From NCBI GenBank assembly GCA_903813345.2, contig CAIIXF020000001.1, forward strand, positions 3,472,001-3,536,000: a stretch of 64,000 nt of DNA. Reading direction: 5' to 3'. Origin of the DNA: Owenia fusiformis (taxonomy: Eukaryota). The stretch's first letter is position 1. Every line of letters begins with the position of its first letter. The notes under the pieces were generated by a model. It ran no database searches and was not told the DNA's origin. It saw only the letters and a list, made by a program, of their open reading frames with translations. Of this stretch, positions 35,210 to 49,203 are shown piece by piece. The position numbers were made by a program, and so were the translations under genes.

Positions 35210-38200
35210 TTAACTTTTACAATAAGGTTTATATCCCTTAGTATCAAGGTAATATCCACCACGGGCCTTGGTATCTGCATTATATCCCATTGAGGTACAG
35301 CGCAAACCACTGCAATTTCTTGAACACCTTCCCTGAAAGAAATAACAGGTCTGTCTTCAATCTTCTGAACTAAAGAATTTTTAACATTACATCAATATAC
35401 GGATAAAAATACTGTTTAGTGTATATGTGCTCAGACTGTCTAAAACACATATTACCATGTTTTTGGCCAACAAGAAGGCAGTTAATGATATTCAATATTC
35501 TGATTGGTGCACATATTTTACATATCCTTGGACAATTTGAAAATTTTAAACAAAGAGTTTATGTTGATCAGAATTGTTGATCAATTTGGTATTTGCTGAG
35601 AATTGTATAATATTATACATATGTCTGATATATTCTACATATGTCTGATATAACATACAGTTCTCCAATTCCTGTAATCATCACATTTGTTGGCAGTGAA
35701 CTTGCATCTAGAGTTGATTGATTCGGTGAACAGCTCACAAACTCTCATGTGACTGCAGCCAAACACCTTGGCCACTGCAACAATATCATTAATTCATTAA
35801 GTCCAGCAGAATCAATTATAATCTTTTGAGACCATGCCTGGATGGAAAGTCATTATACAGGGTGACACAAAATAAGTGCCACCCACATAATGTTGCATAA
35901 CTTTTTGTCTTATCTGTTTAAATTCTGACTTGTTCCTTTGCACAGTAAGTAAAAAAAAAACAATACTACATGGAGCAACTCCACGAGAAGTTTCAGGATG
36001 ACTAGCTCAACTAGGTGCACTTTTATGACCATTACAAGATGTGCTCTAAATATCGTACATTTCATTGGAAGCACACTTCTGGATTCTATTGGCAAAGTTA
36101 TTGACCACATTCGCCTGCAATAAACTATCCAGATTTTTTATCCAGGTGTGCCTGACAGTCAGAGTACATCTTATAACGCTCATAAAAGTGCATCCAATTG
36201 AGCTAGTCATCTTACACTTCTTGTTGAGTTGCTCCATGGTGCTAAAGAACAAGTCAGAAATCATACAGGCAAAAAAGGTCATGCAACTTGATGTCAGAGC
36301 ACTTTTTGTGTCACAAATAGTAGTATATAAGCGCATCATTGTTTCACACTTTGTATAGAAACTTTTTAGTAAGAATTCAAAAATACTCCAGAGTAGAGAA
36401 TTCCAAAATGAGTGGGCTGCATTTTTGTGACACTCTGTATTCTACTTACAGTCTATGTTTCCCCTCTTTTCTCTGGCACTGTACTGCAGACAACCAGGCT
36501 GTCTGGTGCCACCATTAGGCCAGAAGTCAACATCACCCAGTCTAAGTTTATTGCCAAATTCAGGTAGATTTCCAGCATTTGAGTGAATCACATCAACAAA
36601 ATCGGCATCCCTGGAGTCCAATCTTGCATTCTTTTGAGCCACTGTGAACAAAGGACCAGCTGGGTCTAGACCTATAATGTAATAATGTAACCTATAATGT
36701 ATCAATTCATTCATTTGTCATATTTTAGAAGATTCTACCATATCATTTCCATTCAAAATATGATTTTCTCTAAACTGATTGGATTGATTATGCAACATTT
36801 TTTCTTAAAGGGGTAACAAAAATAGAGAAGAGTTAAAAATTGTCACTACTGCTCACGACATTGCATAATTATGCATATTTTGTTAAAATTCACTCGTTTT
36901 TCAAGATAATCCTTTGATTGTTAATTTCATCTGGCCAACATTTTCACAAAATCTAATAATAAACCTGGAATGGTTTGATTGTTAAATATTACACTACATA
37001 TACCTAACCAAAAGTAATGTAGAAACCTCTTGCATAAATCTCACCTGTAATTCTAGCAAACTTATACCTCTTGCCTGCAAAGCCACATACATGAGAGCCA
37101 AGACTGTGACCAATACAATGCACTTTGCTCCTTGGGACACCCCTTGCCCTAAGCATTTCTGTGAGATGGGCTCCTATCACACGTGTGTTTGATGCACATT
37201 GGTCAAATTTCAAAGGAGACAGAGATGATCCTTTTGACCAATTCACAGTAATTACATTAAAATCACCCTGTAAGGTAAATCAATTCTGTAAGTCTGTGGA
37301 TGAATATTATAAAAAATGGGTACAGAAAACCTCTCTAAGTGGAACACCTTTGGTACCTAAAAAGTGTTCCACTTGAGAGATGTTCCACTTCTAGAGGTTC
37401 ATTTAACAATAAGTCAATAACATAGATGCGAGTAGGAAGTTACCAGTTTCACCACCAGGTGGCTTGTTCGGGTCAGATAACATGGGGGTATAGTAGAAAG
37501 TTCTCTTAACTTAAATTACATCTGTTTTAGTGGTTCAATTTTCATATAGCCCCTATGTATCGAAAAGTTATGTAAATCAAAGTATGTCCAGTAAAAGAAA
37601 ATGGTATATGTCCAAAACAAGAAAAGATATTTCACTTTTTGTGATTTTGTAATATGGGGTCTATGGGGAATCAACCCGAACTAGAAGTCACATTTTCAAA
37701 ACAAATTTAATTTTCAAAGTTAATGAACAATTTTCGAAACCATATTACGAGAAGTACTTTTACATGTAGATTTCAAATATGACATCAGTTTGACTGAATT
37801 TTGAATATTTAATGACGCAAATTAAGATTATTTCTACTCGCACCTAGTCTATTGACCCTGGGACTCTGAAAAGTGTTCAACTAACAGAGGTGTTCCACTT
37901 TACAGGTTTCACTGTATATTTGACCATGTTGACCAATTTCCCAATTTCTAAGATGGGTTTAATGGAGCTGAAAAAAACCTCCCAAATCTTATGCAAGTCC
38001 AGATAACTGTAAAGCAAGTATTCCATTTATTGAACATGCATCTTATTTACCTTTCTCAATAGTTCTTTGACCATATTCAAGATCCAGGGCTCTCTGCTGC
38101 CAGAGTTGAAACCATGAACAATCACCTTTACGTCATTACGAATATTGAATGTTGAGCTGCAGTATATAGATACATGTAGAATAGTGCATGTATAGTACAA

Positions 38201-39003
38201 TTAGTGCCTTTGATTTTGGAGGGGTATATCAGGCATCTTTAAATGCTTCTTCAATATGTCTAAAACAATATTAAGAGAAATATTTTTTGAATGATTACAT
38301 ATTTCTAATTTGCGCTTTTAATCTTGTTTTTGTTTTTTGGGGTGGGATAGGACTTTCTCTTTTCTCCCATTTTAATATGTGGTAGTGTTGACAAGAGTAC
38401 ATATAAAACAATACAATATATGGGGCACTCATACTCCTATAGTCCCCTTCCCAAATTGATTTAAAAATATCATGGAAGGTGGTCTTGTCAATTGTAGACT
38501 TACGGTACAGAACTCTTACTGATGTGACCAGATCCTCTACGAGTGTTAAGTGTGTAAGTTATCCCTGCCTTTGATGGACTCCATGGTAACGGCATGTTAA
38601 GGAATGATCCAAAGTTGTCGAAACATCCAAGCGATCCATGACAAACTCTGAAATGTAAAATATCATATATTTCAAGCATGGGTTCACAATCTCCAGCACA
38701 CAAATAATTGCAATATCAATGCCAAAGATTTTTTTAACACATTTTTCAAAGAAATTAACCTTTCAAAATTGAAAAACAATGACAGCTTTGGTTAAAAAAT
38801 TGCCAAAAATGTCACCCGGGTCTCTCTTTAATTTTGTCCAATATGATACCTCTTATATATTTTGATGGTATGGACCCTCCACATTGAATAAAGGTAAAAA
38901 TATACAAAACCTATTTTTGAACTAAAATAATTTTGAAACCTCACCTGGCAGCCTCGAAAGAAGCAACTTGAGCAAGAATTACTAACAACACTGCTGACCA
39001 CAT
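35210..39003 (-). CDS. Secreted pancreatic-lipase-family protein (330 aa, no PLAT domain)
   Basis: Exons 38945-39003, 38504-38647, 38051-38156, 37045-37267, 36450-36671, 35659-35774, 35210-35332 (993 nt, in frame). Signal peptide, VC...LGCF, IVHGF, GHSLG (Ser), ITGLDPAGP (Asp), [24 protein letters not shown] (His). Confidence 0.93.
35859..36437. mobile_element. Tc1/mariner-type MITE in a lipase intron
   Basis: TA-CAGGGTGACACAAAA...TTTTGTGACACTCTG-TA, with internal inverted segments. Confidence 0.65.
37323..37914. mobile_element. Tigger/pogo-type MITE with a nested insertion (~37422-37850)
   Basis: TA-CAGAAAACCTCTCTAAGTGGAACACC...GGTGTTCCACTTTACAGGTTTCACTG-TA; inner IR TGCGAGTAG/CTACTCGCA. 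Similar short elements at ~11270-11435 and ~22692-22815. Confidence 0.6.
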
Positions 39004-40514
39004 GATACCAGCTGTGCCTTACACTGGGAAGCTGGCAACTAACTGACTGCCAATCTTGTGTAAATGAACGTGTTAAAGGATGGGTTTGTCTGAAGGATGT
39101 CTACTGATAGGGCAGCGGGATGTTATCATTCACATTGACAATGGCTGATAAGATGATAATCATGGTCATGATCAGTTAAATGACTGCAGTAAGGAACTGT
39201 CAAAATGATTGATCCAACACTGAATAGTACACTGTCAGAAAGTTGCCCACTCATTGTTTTTTCAATGTAAAGATGGCACCTGACAGACCCTTCTGTCAGT
39301 ACCCTTTTTGAACACTCATCAACAAGTTGATGACAATTTTAAATGCTATCTTTCAGCAAATGAGAGGAAAGTATTCATCAAAATGAGAGGAAAATTAATC
39401 TTCTATTGTTGTTAAACATGAAACATGAAGCTGATACTTGGAATCCATCAAAAATGATTTGGTGATATACTACATAATTATTATTTATTATAACATAATC
39501 GTATATAAAGAAATCACAGATGCAAAATATAACATTTGAAAATTACATTTATTAAATCACTATGGTGTGGTTGAATACAAATCAAAATAAAGTATTGCCT
39601 TTAGTCCATTAATAAATGATGCCACTTCAGAATATGAGAATTTGTATTATGGTATGAATACAAATATTCACCTGAAAACTAGGTTGGCATTAAAATCACA
39701 GATTAGTAAATGGATGATGCATATATACAGTAAGGTACATTATATAAACAGTTTTAAAAAAGGCCTTAGCATTTACATTTTACATATTCAAAGTCTATAT
39801 AATTTTTAGAACCTGTATGCCTTACAATGCTTACTATTCAAACTTATCAAAATAAATAAGGTAGAAAAAAGTTAATTTCATTAAAAGAGCTACTTTTTGA
39901 AATTTAATGTACTTGATGGGTTTGAATTGAGAGGATATATCCAGGGACAACCCACTTTTACAGAAGTATTATCTACCTTTAGGAACCAGCTGGATATTTC
40001 TACCATTTTTCTACCAGAATTTGACCAAAGTACCCAAAAACTTAATATAAACACCTCCCAATATGTAAAGATTTTACAGACTCCAAGCCATATTCACTTT
40101 AAACAGATTTCACTGTACATGTGTACTAAATATAATGCCTGGTCTTCTGTATAATCAATCTTATATTTGTTCATGTAGATTTTGATGAAAACTTATTTAT
40201 TTACATACCATATATAATATAATACACACAGTTGTAGTATTATTGTAATAATATTCTCTATAAATCACTAAATACAATATTATAGGGCATTTCATGACTC
40301 ATAATGAACCAGAGGAAACCTGTATACATGAAATGCTATAAGGCTATAAGTACCTTGATAGTGTTCCACTTTATTTCTGAGAGGCTTCACAAACAGATGT
40401 TCAAATCAACAGGTTTCTCTGTATGTATATACATTAAGCACCATGTATCACCCTGTATGTCTTATATTTTAAATGTTTCTCTAAACCATAACAACAAATT
40501 GAAGTCCTTTTCAG

Positions 40515-40853
40515 AACTAGACAACAGCAACGCCAAAGCGTAGCAAATCCCATCGAACAGCCATGGCTTGCATATTTACAAATAAAGTATATAGCACAAA
40601 TGGCAGCCATTTTTCAAAATGGCCACCTTCTACCAAAAGTGTCATTAGACAGTGTGCCATGCTTATAGTATTCACATACCAAATATAAACAAGTGGCCAT
40701 TTTGAAAATTGGCTTTCGAGCAGAAGAGGGTATATGTGTGCAAAATATGAACAAAATTGGGCCAACGGTATTTCAGTTATTGCCCGGACGGACAGACGTA
40801 CGAACGGATGGAGGCATTTCCTATATCCCTCCGAACTTCGTCCAATGGGATAA
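40515..40853 (-). mobile_element. Short HINE copy, same family as 3609-5104
   Basis: Same ends (CAACGCCAAAGCGTAGC.AATCCCATCGAAC; CCTATATCCCTCCGAACTTCG...GGGATAA), one partial repeat unit, short microsatellite. Confidence 0.8.
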
Positions 40854-42681
40854 TAAGCTACTTATACCTCAGTGTTCATATACATTTGCCTCAATAAGTT
40901 TGGAGCTGCATGCAAATATCGTATCTGTCTATTACATTAGTGAGCGAAATTTTAGTTTCCAAACTTCAGAGCAGGAGTGTATATGACATGTTAACTAAAA
41001 CTAATCTCATACCAGTGCATAATAAAACTTGAGGTTAATCTCTATATTATTCACTACCCTCTGTACATTGCAAGAAATATTATCAAATACTGTTTATAAG
41101 AAAATAGCTTCTAAGTTGGCATAAAAGAAAACATCCAACTGTCAGAAAAAATCCAGAAATAATATAAAGACACCACAATTTCATGATTTGTACAAAAGAT
41201 GTCATATCACAAAAATTGTTTTAATTTTTATGTGCTATTCTATAACAATTAAATTTCACATGTACATTGTAATTTAAACATTACGTTTGAATAATTGTTA
41301 AACAGTAGACCGTTATCTATTTAACATGTCCTATGATAGAGTTCAGATGCAAAGAACTGAAACTAAGTCCCTGGATCAGGTTTGACATTTTAAAGTCTAT
41401 GATACATGTATACAGGATATCCTAATGGTTTTTGAGGGATATCATTTTTATCAATGGGTTGATATGGTCCACCTCTACTAGTGAGCACAGCGAGATGGAC
41501 ATGATAACCTGAGAAAGTCATAGGATTAGGATATCATATTTATCCCATGGATTTCAATATATAACTCAAGGGTTCTAAAAAAGATCAACAATTTAAATAT
41601 TCCAAAACTCAAAGATTGACTCAAATTGAACAAGTCTTGTGTCAAGTTGTTGCATATATACATTAAAATCATTTTAATAAGCACATAATGGGTCAGAACT
41701 TTATAATGATCAATCAAGTAAGGCTGTTATATCAAACCATTTTAGGTGCAACATTTAAAACTAATAAAAAATTACAATAGAGCCTCCAAAGGGTGATATA
41801 ATGATGGTATCCATCAGATACTAGTGGATGTAACATCAGTTAGTCAGATACAATTTTACTAGCACATACCAAAAGTATCTTGTGTCAGGCTGTTATCCCC
41901 ATATATATTTAGTATCCATGGTATAAATGGAATATATCCAACCCAGGTCTCAGATATGCCATATATTCTCTGGCATATCTTCAAAAAACCCATTCAGGTA
42001 TGGGATAAATGTTTATAAGAACACTAAAACCTGTATACTAGCATTATTAAACATTTCCAGTCCATACACTTGTATTATATATTGTGGTGCCTGTATTAAG
42101 GGACACTACAATATTAACATAATAGACTCTGATGTTATAAAATATCCTCCATTCCTTTAAACAACTCCTCATAAGAAGTTTTATTTAATAGATGTATGAG
42201 ATAATATTGCCAACTGTTAACCTAGGTGCATTTCTCAGATCATTCCGAAAGATGATTCCATAGCAATGTTAAAAACTTTGCTGCCTGATTGCCAATGACA
42301 ACCAGTTTTTTCGCTCTTAGCATTGGGCTCAGAAAACTGGTTGTCTTTTGAACAATGGACTGAATATCAATATGTTTATATGTAATTGGGGCAATCATGT
42401 TTTACCGTAGTCTTGAGCCCTACTAGGACAATGGATTTGAACTTCTTCAAAGGTAAAATTTGAGAAATAGCTCTTGAGCACTATCATAGAAATTATAGAA
42501 ATAAAAATAGGACAAAATATGAATTATATGTACATATTTGGTACCAGAATAACTGATTTACAGTGAAAATTTTACTAAAATAAACCATACGCATGTATTT
42601 TGAGGTTTGACAGACCGTGTGGATTTAGGCATTAATCTAGTGTTCAAAGTAGTTTGAACATTGCATTGCATCCCTTTGGGT

Positions 42682-45600
42682 CTACATATAGCCTGCATTA
42701 AGCAACATTTGTGAGTATGACTGATAGTGAGCTGCCAACTCAGGAGGTATAGCTTGTTGGCCTTGTTGCACTTGGGGAGCAGGTACCTGCACTTGTACCC
42801 CTTGGGGTGGGCCTGTCTGGGGGGAGGGGGAATTAATGGGCATGTGGGTAGGTTGAAGGGTGCTGACTGTAGGTATATACTGCTGGGGGAGGGAGGTGCT
42901 TGGGTGATGAGGGACAAGCATCGTTGGAGGCCCTATCACTTGAGAGGTCTCCATAGTAACCCCAATATCTCCACTCTCCAACACATCACGATGAGGCATT
43001 TCCATGTATGCAGACTCCACCTTCAGTTGATTTAAACTATCATGCTCAACCACTTGTGATTCAGCTTTATGGTCCTCATTATCATTAGCAATTCTAGGTT
43101 TATTTACAAGATACTCTGTTATAACTTTAGGTACAGAGGATTCCTCATCAGGTTTTAATACCTGACTAACATGATTATATGCTCGCTTGCTCTTAATCTC
43201 ATTTTCATTATAATTCACTGGGTTTGAAGAATAGTGTAAGAAAGGTTGCCGCTGACGCTTCCTTGGTTGCGACACAGTAGCTAGCTCACTATGATGTTTC
43301 CTCATATGTTCTGTTAGTTTATCCTTGCGACTGCAGGCAAATTCACATTGCTCACATTTGATTGGTTTATCAGGGAGATGGGTTTTCTCATGTCGAATCA
43401 GATTGCTTTTATCAACAAAGCCCATTCCACATGTTGTGCAGACAAACGAGCGAATTCCAAGATGAAATCTTGTGTGACGATCAAGGAGTGAACGCTTTGG
43501 TGTAGAGTAAGTGCATTCTGGGAAGGCACAGCGGAAAACGTCACCTGGAGAATATTACACCAAGAATATAAATTATGAAAAACTAATCATATTCAGATAC
43601 TGTAAATTGCTTTAATTTGGCAATTTTTGATTTGGCTGATTGGGCAAATTTTGAAATTTTGACTATATTTAATTTGTCAGATTGACTATCAGTACTCATA
43701 TTACTCACTTCAAAGCTCGCCATCAATAACGCAATTTTATCTCTCCTGGTATCAGATTGTTTTATCTAAACCAGAGGGGACTTTGGAAATACATATAGTT
43801 TAAAATTGACATTTTATCCATTTTTCAATCAAGATTTTCACCAAAATTTATCGTGCAAGGTTATACATTGAAAGCGCACTGGACTAAAGTTGGGGGGTAC
43901 AAAAAATTCGAAGCAAACGGGTGACATATACACAAATTTCGTACCAAATGCGTGACATGTATGGAATTTGCGTGAAAAGTCTGGTGTACATTTTTTGAAG
44001 TTCTTCTACAGAAATATTTTTGCTTGAGAATGTTATCAGGTAAAATACGTATTTGCGTTACATATTCTGTCACTAAAAATAATGCGTGACAAATACACAA
44101 ATGGCGGGAAAGTTGGACTCCCTGCACCACCTGGTTGCTCACAATATAACTAGTTCAATCCTAAGTCAGATTTAAATTTATGAGAACTCTGTAGATGATT
44201 TTGAAAAAAATAAATTGGTCAATTTGAAATTTTTTGACCCTGAGAAGGTCATTGAAGGTGAAATCTAAAGTCAGATTTGAACTTCTGAGAACTTGACTTT
44301 GAAAAAAAAATTGGTAAATTTGAAGCAAGTTGAAAAAGACCTTTTTGACCTTGACAAGGTCATTGAAGGTAAATGTTTTTTGACCTTGAGAATGTCACTG
44401 AAGGTCAAATCAATTTGAAAACTTGTAGATGATTTTGAAAAAAATTGGTCAATTTGAAACAAGTTGAAAAAAGACCTTTTTGACCTTTTTATGACCTTGA
44501 GAAGGTCACTGAAGGTCAAATCTTAAATCTTAAGTGAGATTTAAACTTCTGATAATTTGTAGATGATTTTGATAAAAATTTGGTAAATTTAAAGAAAGTT
44601 CAAAAAATACCCTTTTGACATTTTTTTTACCTTTTTTTAACCTTGAAAAGGTCATTGAAGGTCAAATCTTAAATGTAAAGTCAGATTTGAACTTCTGAAA
44701 ACTCTGTAGATGATTTGTAAGAAAATTGATGTCAGTCTAAACAGTATTTCGTAAGTTATTGGAAGTTTTAAGAATTTGTTACAGACACCAACCGCCATCC
44801 GCTGATCGTCAACTACCAATCGCCGCCACAAAAAATGGAGACCATAACAAATAAGTCACTACTTCTTGGTGGTGACATAAAAACTAATGGAGACTTAATT
44901 TGGCAGTTTCTATCAATCTGCCAAATTAAAACGGCCGTCAAATTAAAGCAATTTACAGTAATCTGAAGAATTCCTGAATTAGTAGTGCATCATTTAAATG
45001 ATTTCTCTGGAGAAGGTAACAAGATTTCAGAAAAACTTTATTTCAATTTTACCCAGCATACAGAATAGGGCAAATAATTTGTTATCGTTGTGTTTAATAG
45101 CTGACCTGTATGTATGCGCTTATGTCTCATCATAGTTGTCTGATGCTTGGTCGAAAATCCACAGGAATCACACAGCCACAAGCTCACCTGAATAATATAT
45201 GAAATATGTTCTAATCATAAACATTTTATATGCCCACAGATATATTCAATATATTACTTCATCTTATTTAAATCTCAGCGTCAAGTGCAACCACTCTCCA
45301 GACTGTGGCCTGAACTAAATAAGGGAGAATAACATTGGAATGAATTACAATTATTATGAAATAAAAACTCAATTTAACATTGTTCACACATCCAATTTAG
45401 CCCTAGTCTCTACAGAAAGACGCTCAGTCTAAATTCCAGATGTTAATGATAATGTTCCAATTACCTGGCTGTGCTTCTGACAGTGGGCCTGTAGCTCTTG
45501 TCTGGTATAAAACCTATCCCCGCACTGGTCACATGCATGACTCTTGTCCCCTGGAATAAAGAAAATAAACATTACATTGACATCTAAGCCCATTTAAAGC

Positions 45601-48101
45601 AGATACATAATTGAACACATTACATTAATTATCACATTTTCGATATTTCAAATAAATAACAGAATTAGGAGACTGTTTTATAAGTATATAGAGTTAAATA
45701 TTGCATATTAATACAATATAGAGGGTGGCCCAACAGTAGGTTTGCAATTTACAAAGAGATTGTAGAATAACTGCAAACCTACTATGGGCCACCCAGTATT
45801 CAATAATTGTAAAACTTCTAGCAATCTGTTTGACTCAAGTGATGTAAATACTTAATATATAGAGATTTTTCACACAGTGTGATACAGAATCTGTACACCC
45901 CGACACTACTTCAACTGTTACCTTGTGAAATACATGACAATATTTTCTGTGCTCTACTCTAATCATTGAATACCATATCATCTTGCTAAAGCGGCAGCAA
46001 CTTGCATATTACTTGATGACTGCTTTGAATATTTCACTCTCTATTCTTTGTTGCTACTTTAAATGAGCGTATTCCGGTACAGGTACATGCATTTTACAAT
46101 TATATACAATAACAATTACATACAATAACAATATATACAATACAATATATACCAACCTGAATGCCTTTTCATATGTGTAGTTAAGTTACTGGGTGTCCAA
46201 AAAGAAGCTTGACATAGAGGACACACACACGGTTTCACCCCTGTATGTCTGACCCTGTGATTCAATAGCATGCTGATTTTGTCAGTCGTGTAATCGCAGT
46301 CTTCAATATCACATATAAATGGTGGACCAGTGAAATGGAGCTTGTAGTGTTCATTTAGATCAAGTCGATTACTAAAAGTGTTTGCACAAACTTTACAAGT
46401 ACATGTTATACTTCTATTTTTATTTTTAGAGTCTTCGCTATGACGTGTCTGAACATGCCTTTTCATGTGATCTTTACGACGGGTTTTATATTCACATTCT
46501 GTGCATGATACCAATTGACCAGCCTCTCGAGAACGATGCGCTTTACGATTACTTTTTTCACGCTTCTTTAGTTTTTTAGCCTTTTTTTCTTCAGCAGCTT
46601 CCACTGTGTCATCATTATCTTCATTTACATATTCCTCATCAATTTCAGTTGCAGAGTCATCTGATATAATCGCTCTGGCTTTTTTAACAATTCTGGTTTT
46701 CACTTGCCGTTTTCTTTTTAACTTATAAGCCATCTTCGCAGGCTTTGCTTTTCCTATTTTACTTTCTGTGGCAATTTTCTTTGGTCTGCCTTTCCTAGTA
46801 CGTTTAGTGGAGGATGCTTGTACGTCTTCATTAATATCATAGTCCAAGTCATTTGCATCATCACCATTATTATCATCCTCCACTTCAGTGAACTCAGATT
46901 TAATATCATTTGGGCTATCATCTTTCTCATCATTTTGAGTATTATCTTTCTTGTCATAATATGTGGTGTCTTTATCAATCTTGAGCACTAATTTTTCAAT
47001 TTGTTTTTTGTTCTGCTTTTTTCTTCCCCTTTTCTTCTTCATAGGAGGTTCCTTAACAATCTCTTTACCATCAGACATTGAGGAATCACCTTGATTTTCA
47101 TCTTTGATCTTGATCTTTACCATTCCTTGTTTTTCTTTGGAAACTTGAACTTCTTTCATGCATTGATGATCAGTTTTTTCCTCGATGTCAGGGGCCAAAC
47201 TTTCAATATCATTGTCTAGGTATCCTGCATTAGAAAAGTTCCTTTTGATGAATTCTGTGAGACCTTGTGATAGTTCATTAAAAATGTAAAGTTTGGCCAA
47301 TCTCTGTAATTCAAAGATGTTATCCTCTGTAACAATGACTTGGCCAGAATAGATGTAATCCAAAAGCGCCTCAAATGCAACATGGTCTTCGCAGTCAATA
47401 CTGATCTGTTCAATAGCAATCATTGATGGTGTTTGTTTTAAAATAGCATCAAAGTAAGAGCTGCAAGCTGCTAAAACACAACTATGGGCGGGATACTTTC
47501 TATTCTGTAATACCAACACAACATCGCAAAATCGACTCAATTCCTTCTGTGTTTTGAATTTCTCAAGGAGGGACTTTCCATGGTTTTCATGTTGAACTAT
47601 TGTTGGAATTACAATCCGAGGATTGGCCTTTAATTTTGTCTCCACATCAGAGTTAGGTGGTACATTTTGAGGTGTCACATTGTTGATATGTGAGTGCATA
47701 TCTTCCCTAACACTTGCCTCTTCAGGTTGAACATTACTACTTTGAAAACTTTCTTCTGGGTTGACTTCTGAGGTTTGTTGTCCTTTCTTAGCAAAATCTT
47801 GGGCTTTTGAAGTTTCACCAGTTTTCTGAACTGTTGGTAGAGTTTCACTTGGTTTGTGATATCCATGTAAACTATCTTGCAAAATAGACCCATCTTTGAC
47901 TGCAAATGACGCTGATGTGTTATAAATGTGATCTGTCTGTTCAGATACATGCTGATAGGATGATGGGTTTGATAAATCAAGAGTTTCAGATAATATCCCC
48001 TGCTCAGCACCTTCACTTTTTAGAGGCTGTACAATGTGAACTTCCTGATGGGGAGTATGCTCTATGGCCCGCTCCTTGTCGTCTATGTCTTCACCGTCCA
48101 T
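42682..48101 (-). CDS. BTB/POZ + AT-hook-like + 9x C2H2 zinc-finger protein, paralog A
   Basis: Exons 46157-48101, 45465-45550, 45106-45187, 42682-43544. BTB FCDVVLV...YPAHSCVLAACSSYF...LLDYIYSG; RKGRPKK; nine C2H2 fingers; Q/P-rich tail. Confidence 0.92.
43598..44960. mobile_element. TA-flanked MITE hosting nested MITE and HINE fragments in the last intron of paralog A
   Basis: TACTGTAAATTGCTTTAATTT (43598-43618) inverts AAATTAAAGCAATTTACAGTA (44940-44960); nested pieces at ~43900-44125 and ~44150-44880. Confidence 0.7.
45718..45800. repeat. ~80-bp hairpin mini-MITE, Tc1-like ends
   Basis: GGGTGGCCCAACAGTAGGTTTGCA...TGCAAACCTACTATGGGCCACCC. Confidence 0.65.
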
Positions 48102-48524
48102 TTCGGAATTCAGTCAAATTTATCATAAAATGAACTTAGACTATCTGCAAGTATGGCTATTTGATGTAAACATGATAATTCCACCTATTCTATCCAAATT
48201 TTAGAAGTGATTTGTTCGATTAAAGTTGTTTTATGGACCAGCCCCCATCACAAATATCTACTGCGCATCGCAATTACGCATATGTCGCTAACAATCGTAA
48301 CAAATAATAGATTGTCCACAATACGGGCTTCTGACAGTTCTACAATTCAAACACAAGCGTTCGTATTGCGTTTATAGCACGGGAAAACACGTATACTATT
48401 TTCGTATAGTACACAGGAAATACATCACAAAAAGCCTATCTAATTAAAAAAATCAGATAGGTGTGGTTTTATATTGTCGTCTGTATGCGATTTATAGTAC
48501 TTCCACATCTAAACTAGCTCTCAA

Positions 48525-49203
48525 TGTCTGTCTATGTCACTAATCTGCAAAAGGCTAATGAGCCTCATCGTGGTAAGCCACGCCCTCTCCATCTCTATCC
48601 TTCTGGATAGATGCAATGCGATGTAACAGAGAGAGATACTATGAGTATCAGAATGCCGAATGAGCCCATATAAAGGACTAGGGATTTTAATAGAATTCAA
48701 GTAAACCTTAATATTTAAAAAATAGATGATTTACAACTCATTTTAAACTTGAAAGGAACCTTCTCGGTTGGCCCATGTTGTACCCCCCCCCCAGAAGTCC
48801 CGTTATGTTGAGATACCCTGGGACGACTGTCAGGCTACCGCAAGTGACACCTCGCCCTTCTTTGAGACTAGTAGCGCAGGCTTGTTGCTGTGCACCGTGG
48901 GCCATTTACATTCAAAATGGACGTATAAGATGTTCACGTGGTGTCTGATCTGAGACCAAGACAAAAACTCATTTGGAGAAGAGGCACAACTTCCACAGTG
49001 GCATCTTTGAGTATCCTTGCTGGGATCATCAGGTCTAAAGCTTTATTTGGGTTGACATTCAAAAGAAGCTTCACTATATCCTCTGTCTGAAATGTTATGA
49101 CAGGCGGTATGTCCAGCGATGGACATACCGCTGTAATGTTTCGGGATGGCTGCTTTGATGGGCAGCCATTGGTAAGGACTAGAAGACTTGCTATGTAGGA
49201 CAT
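48525..49203 (-). mobile_element. Degenerate, internally deleted LINE
   Basis: 3' UTR blocks match 16098-16320 (e.g. GACTGTCAGGCTACCGC, GCAGGCTTGTTGCTGTGCAC). ORF 48934-49203 ITF..EDIVKLLLNVNPNKA...IPARILKD resembles the pre-RT region. Confidence 0.7.
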
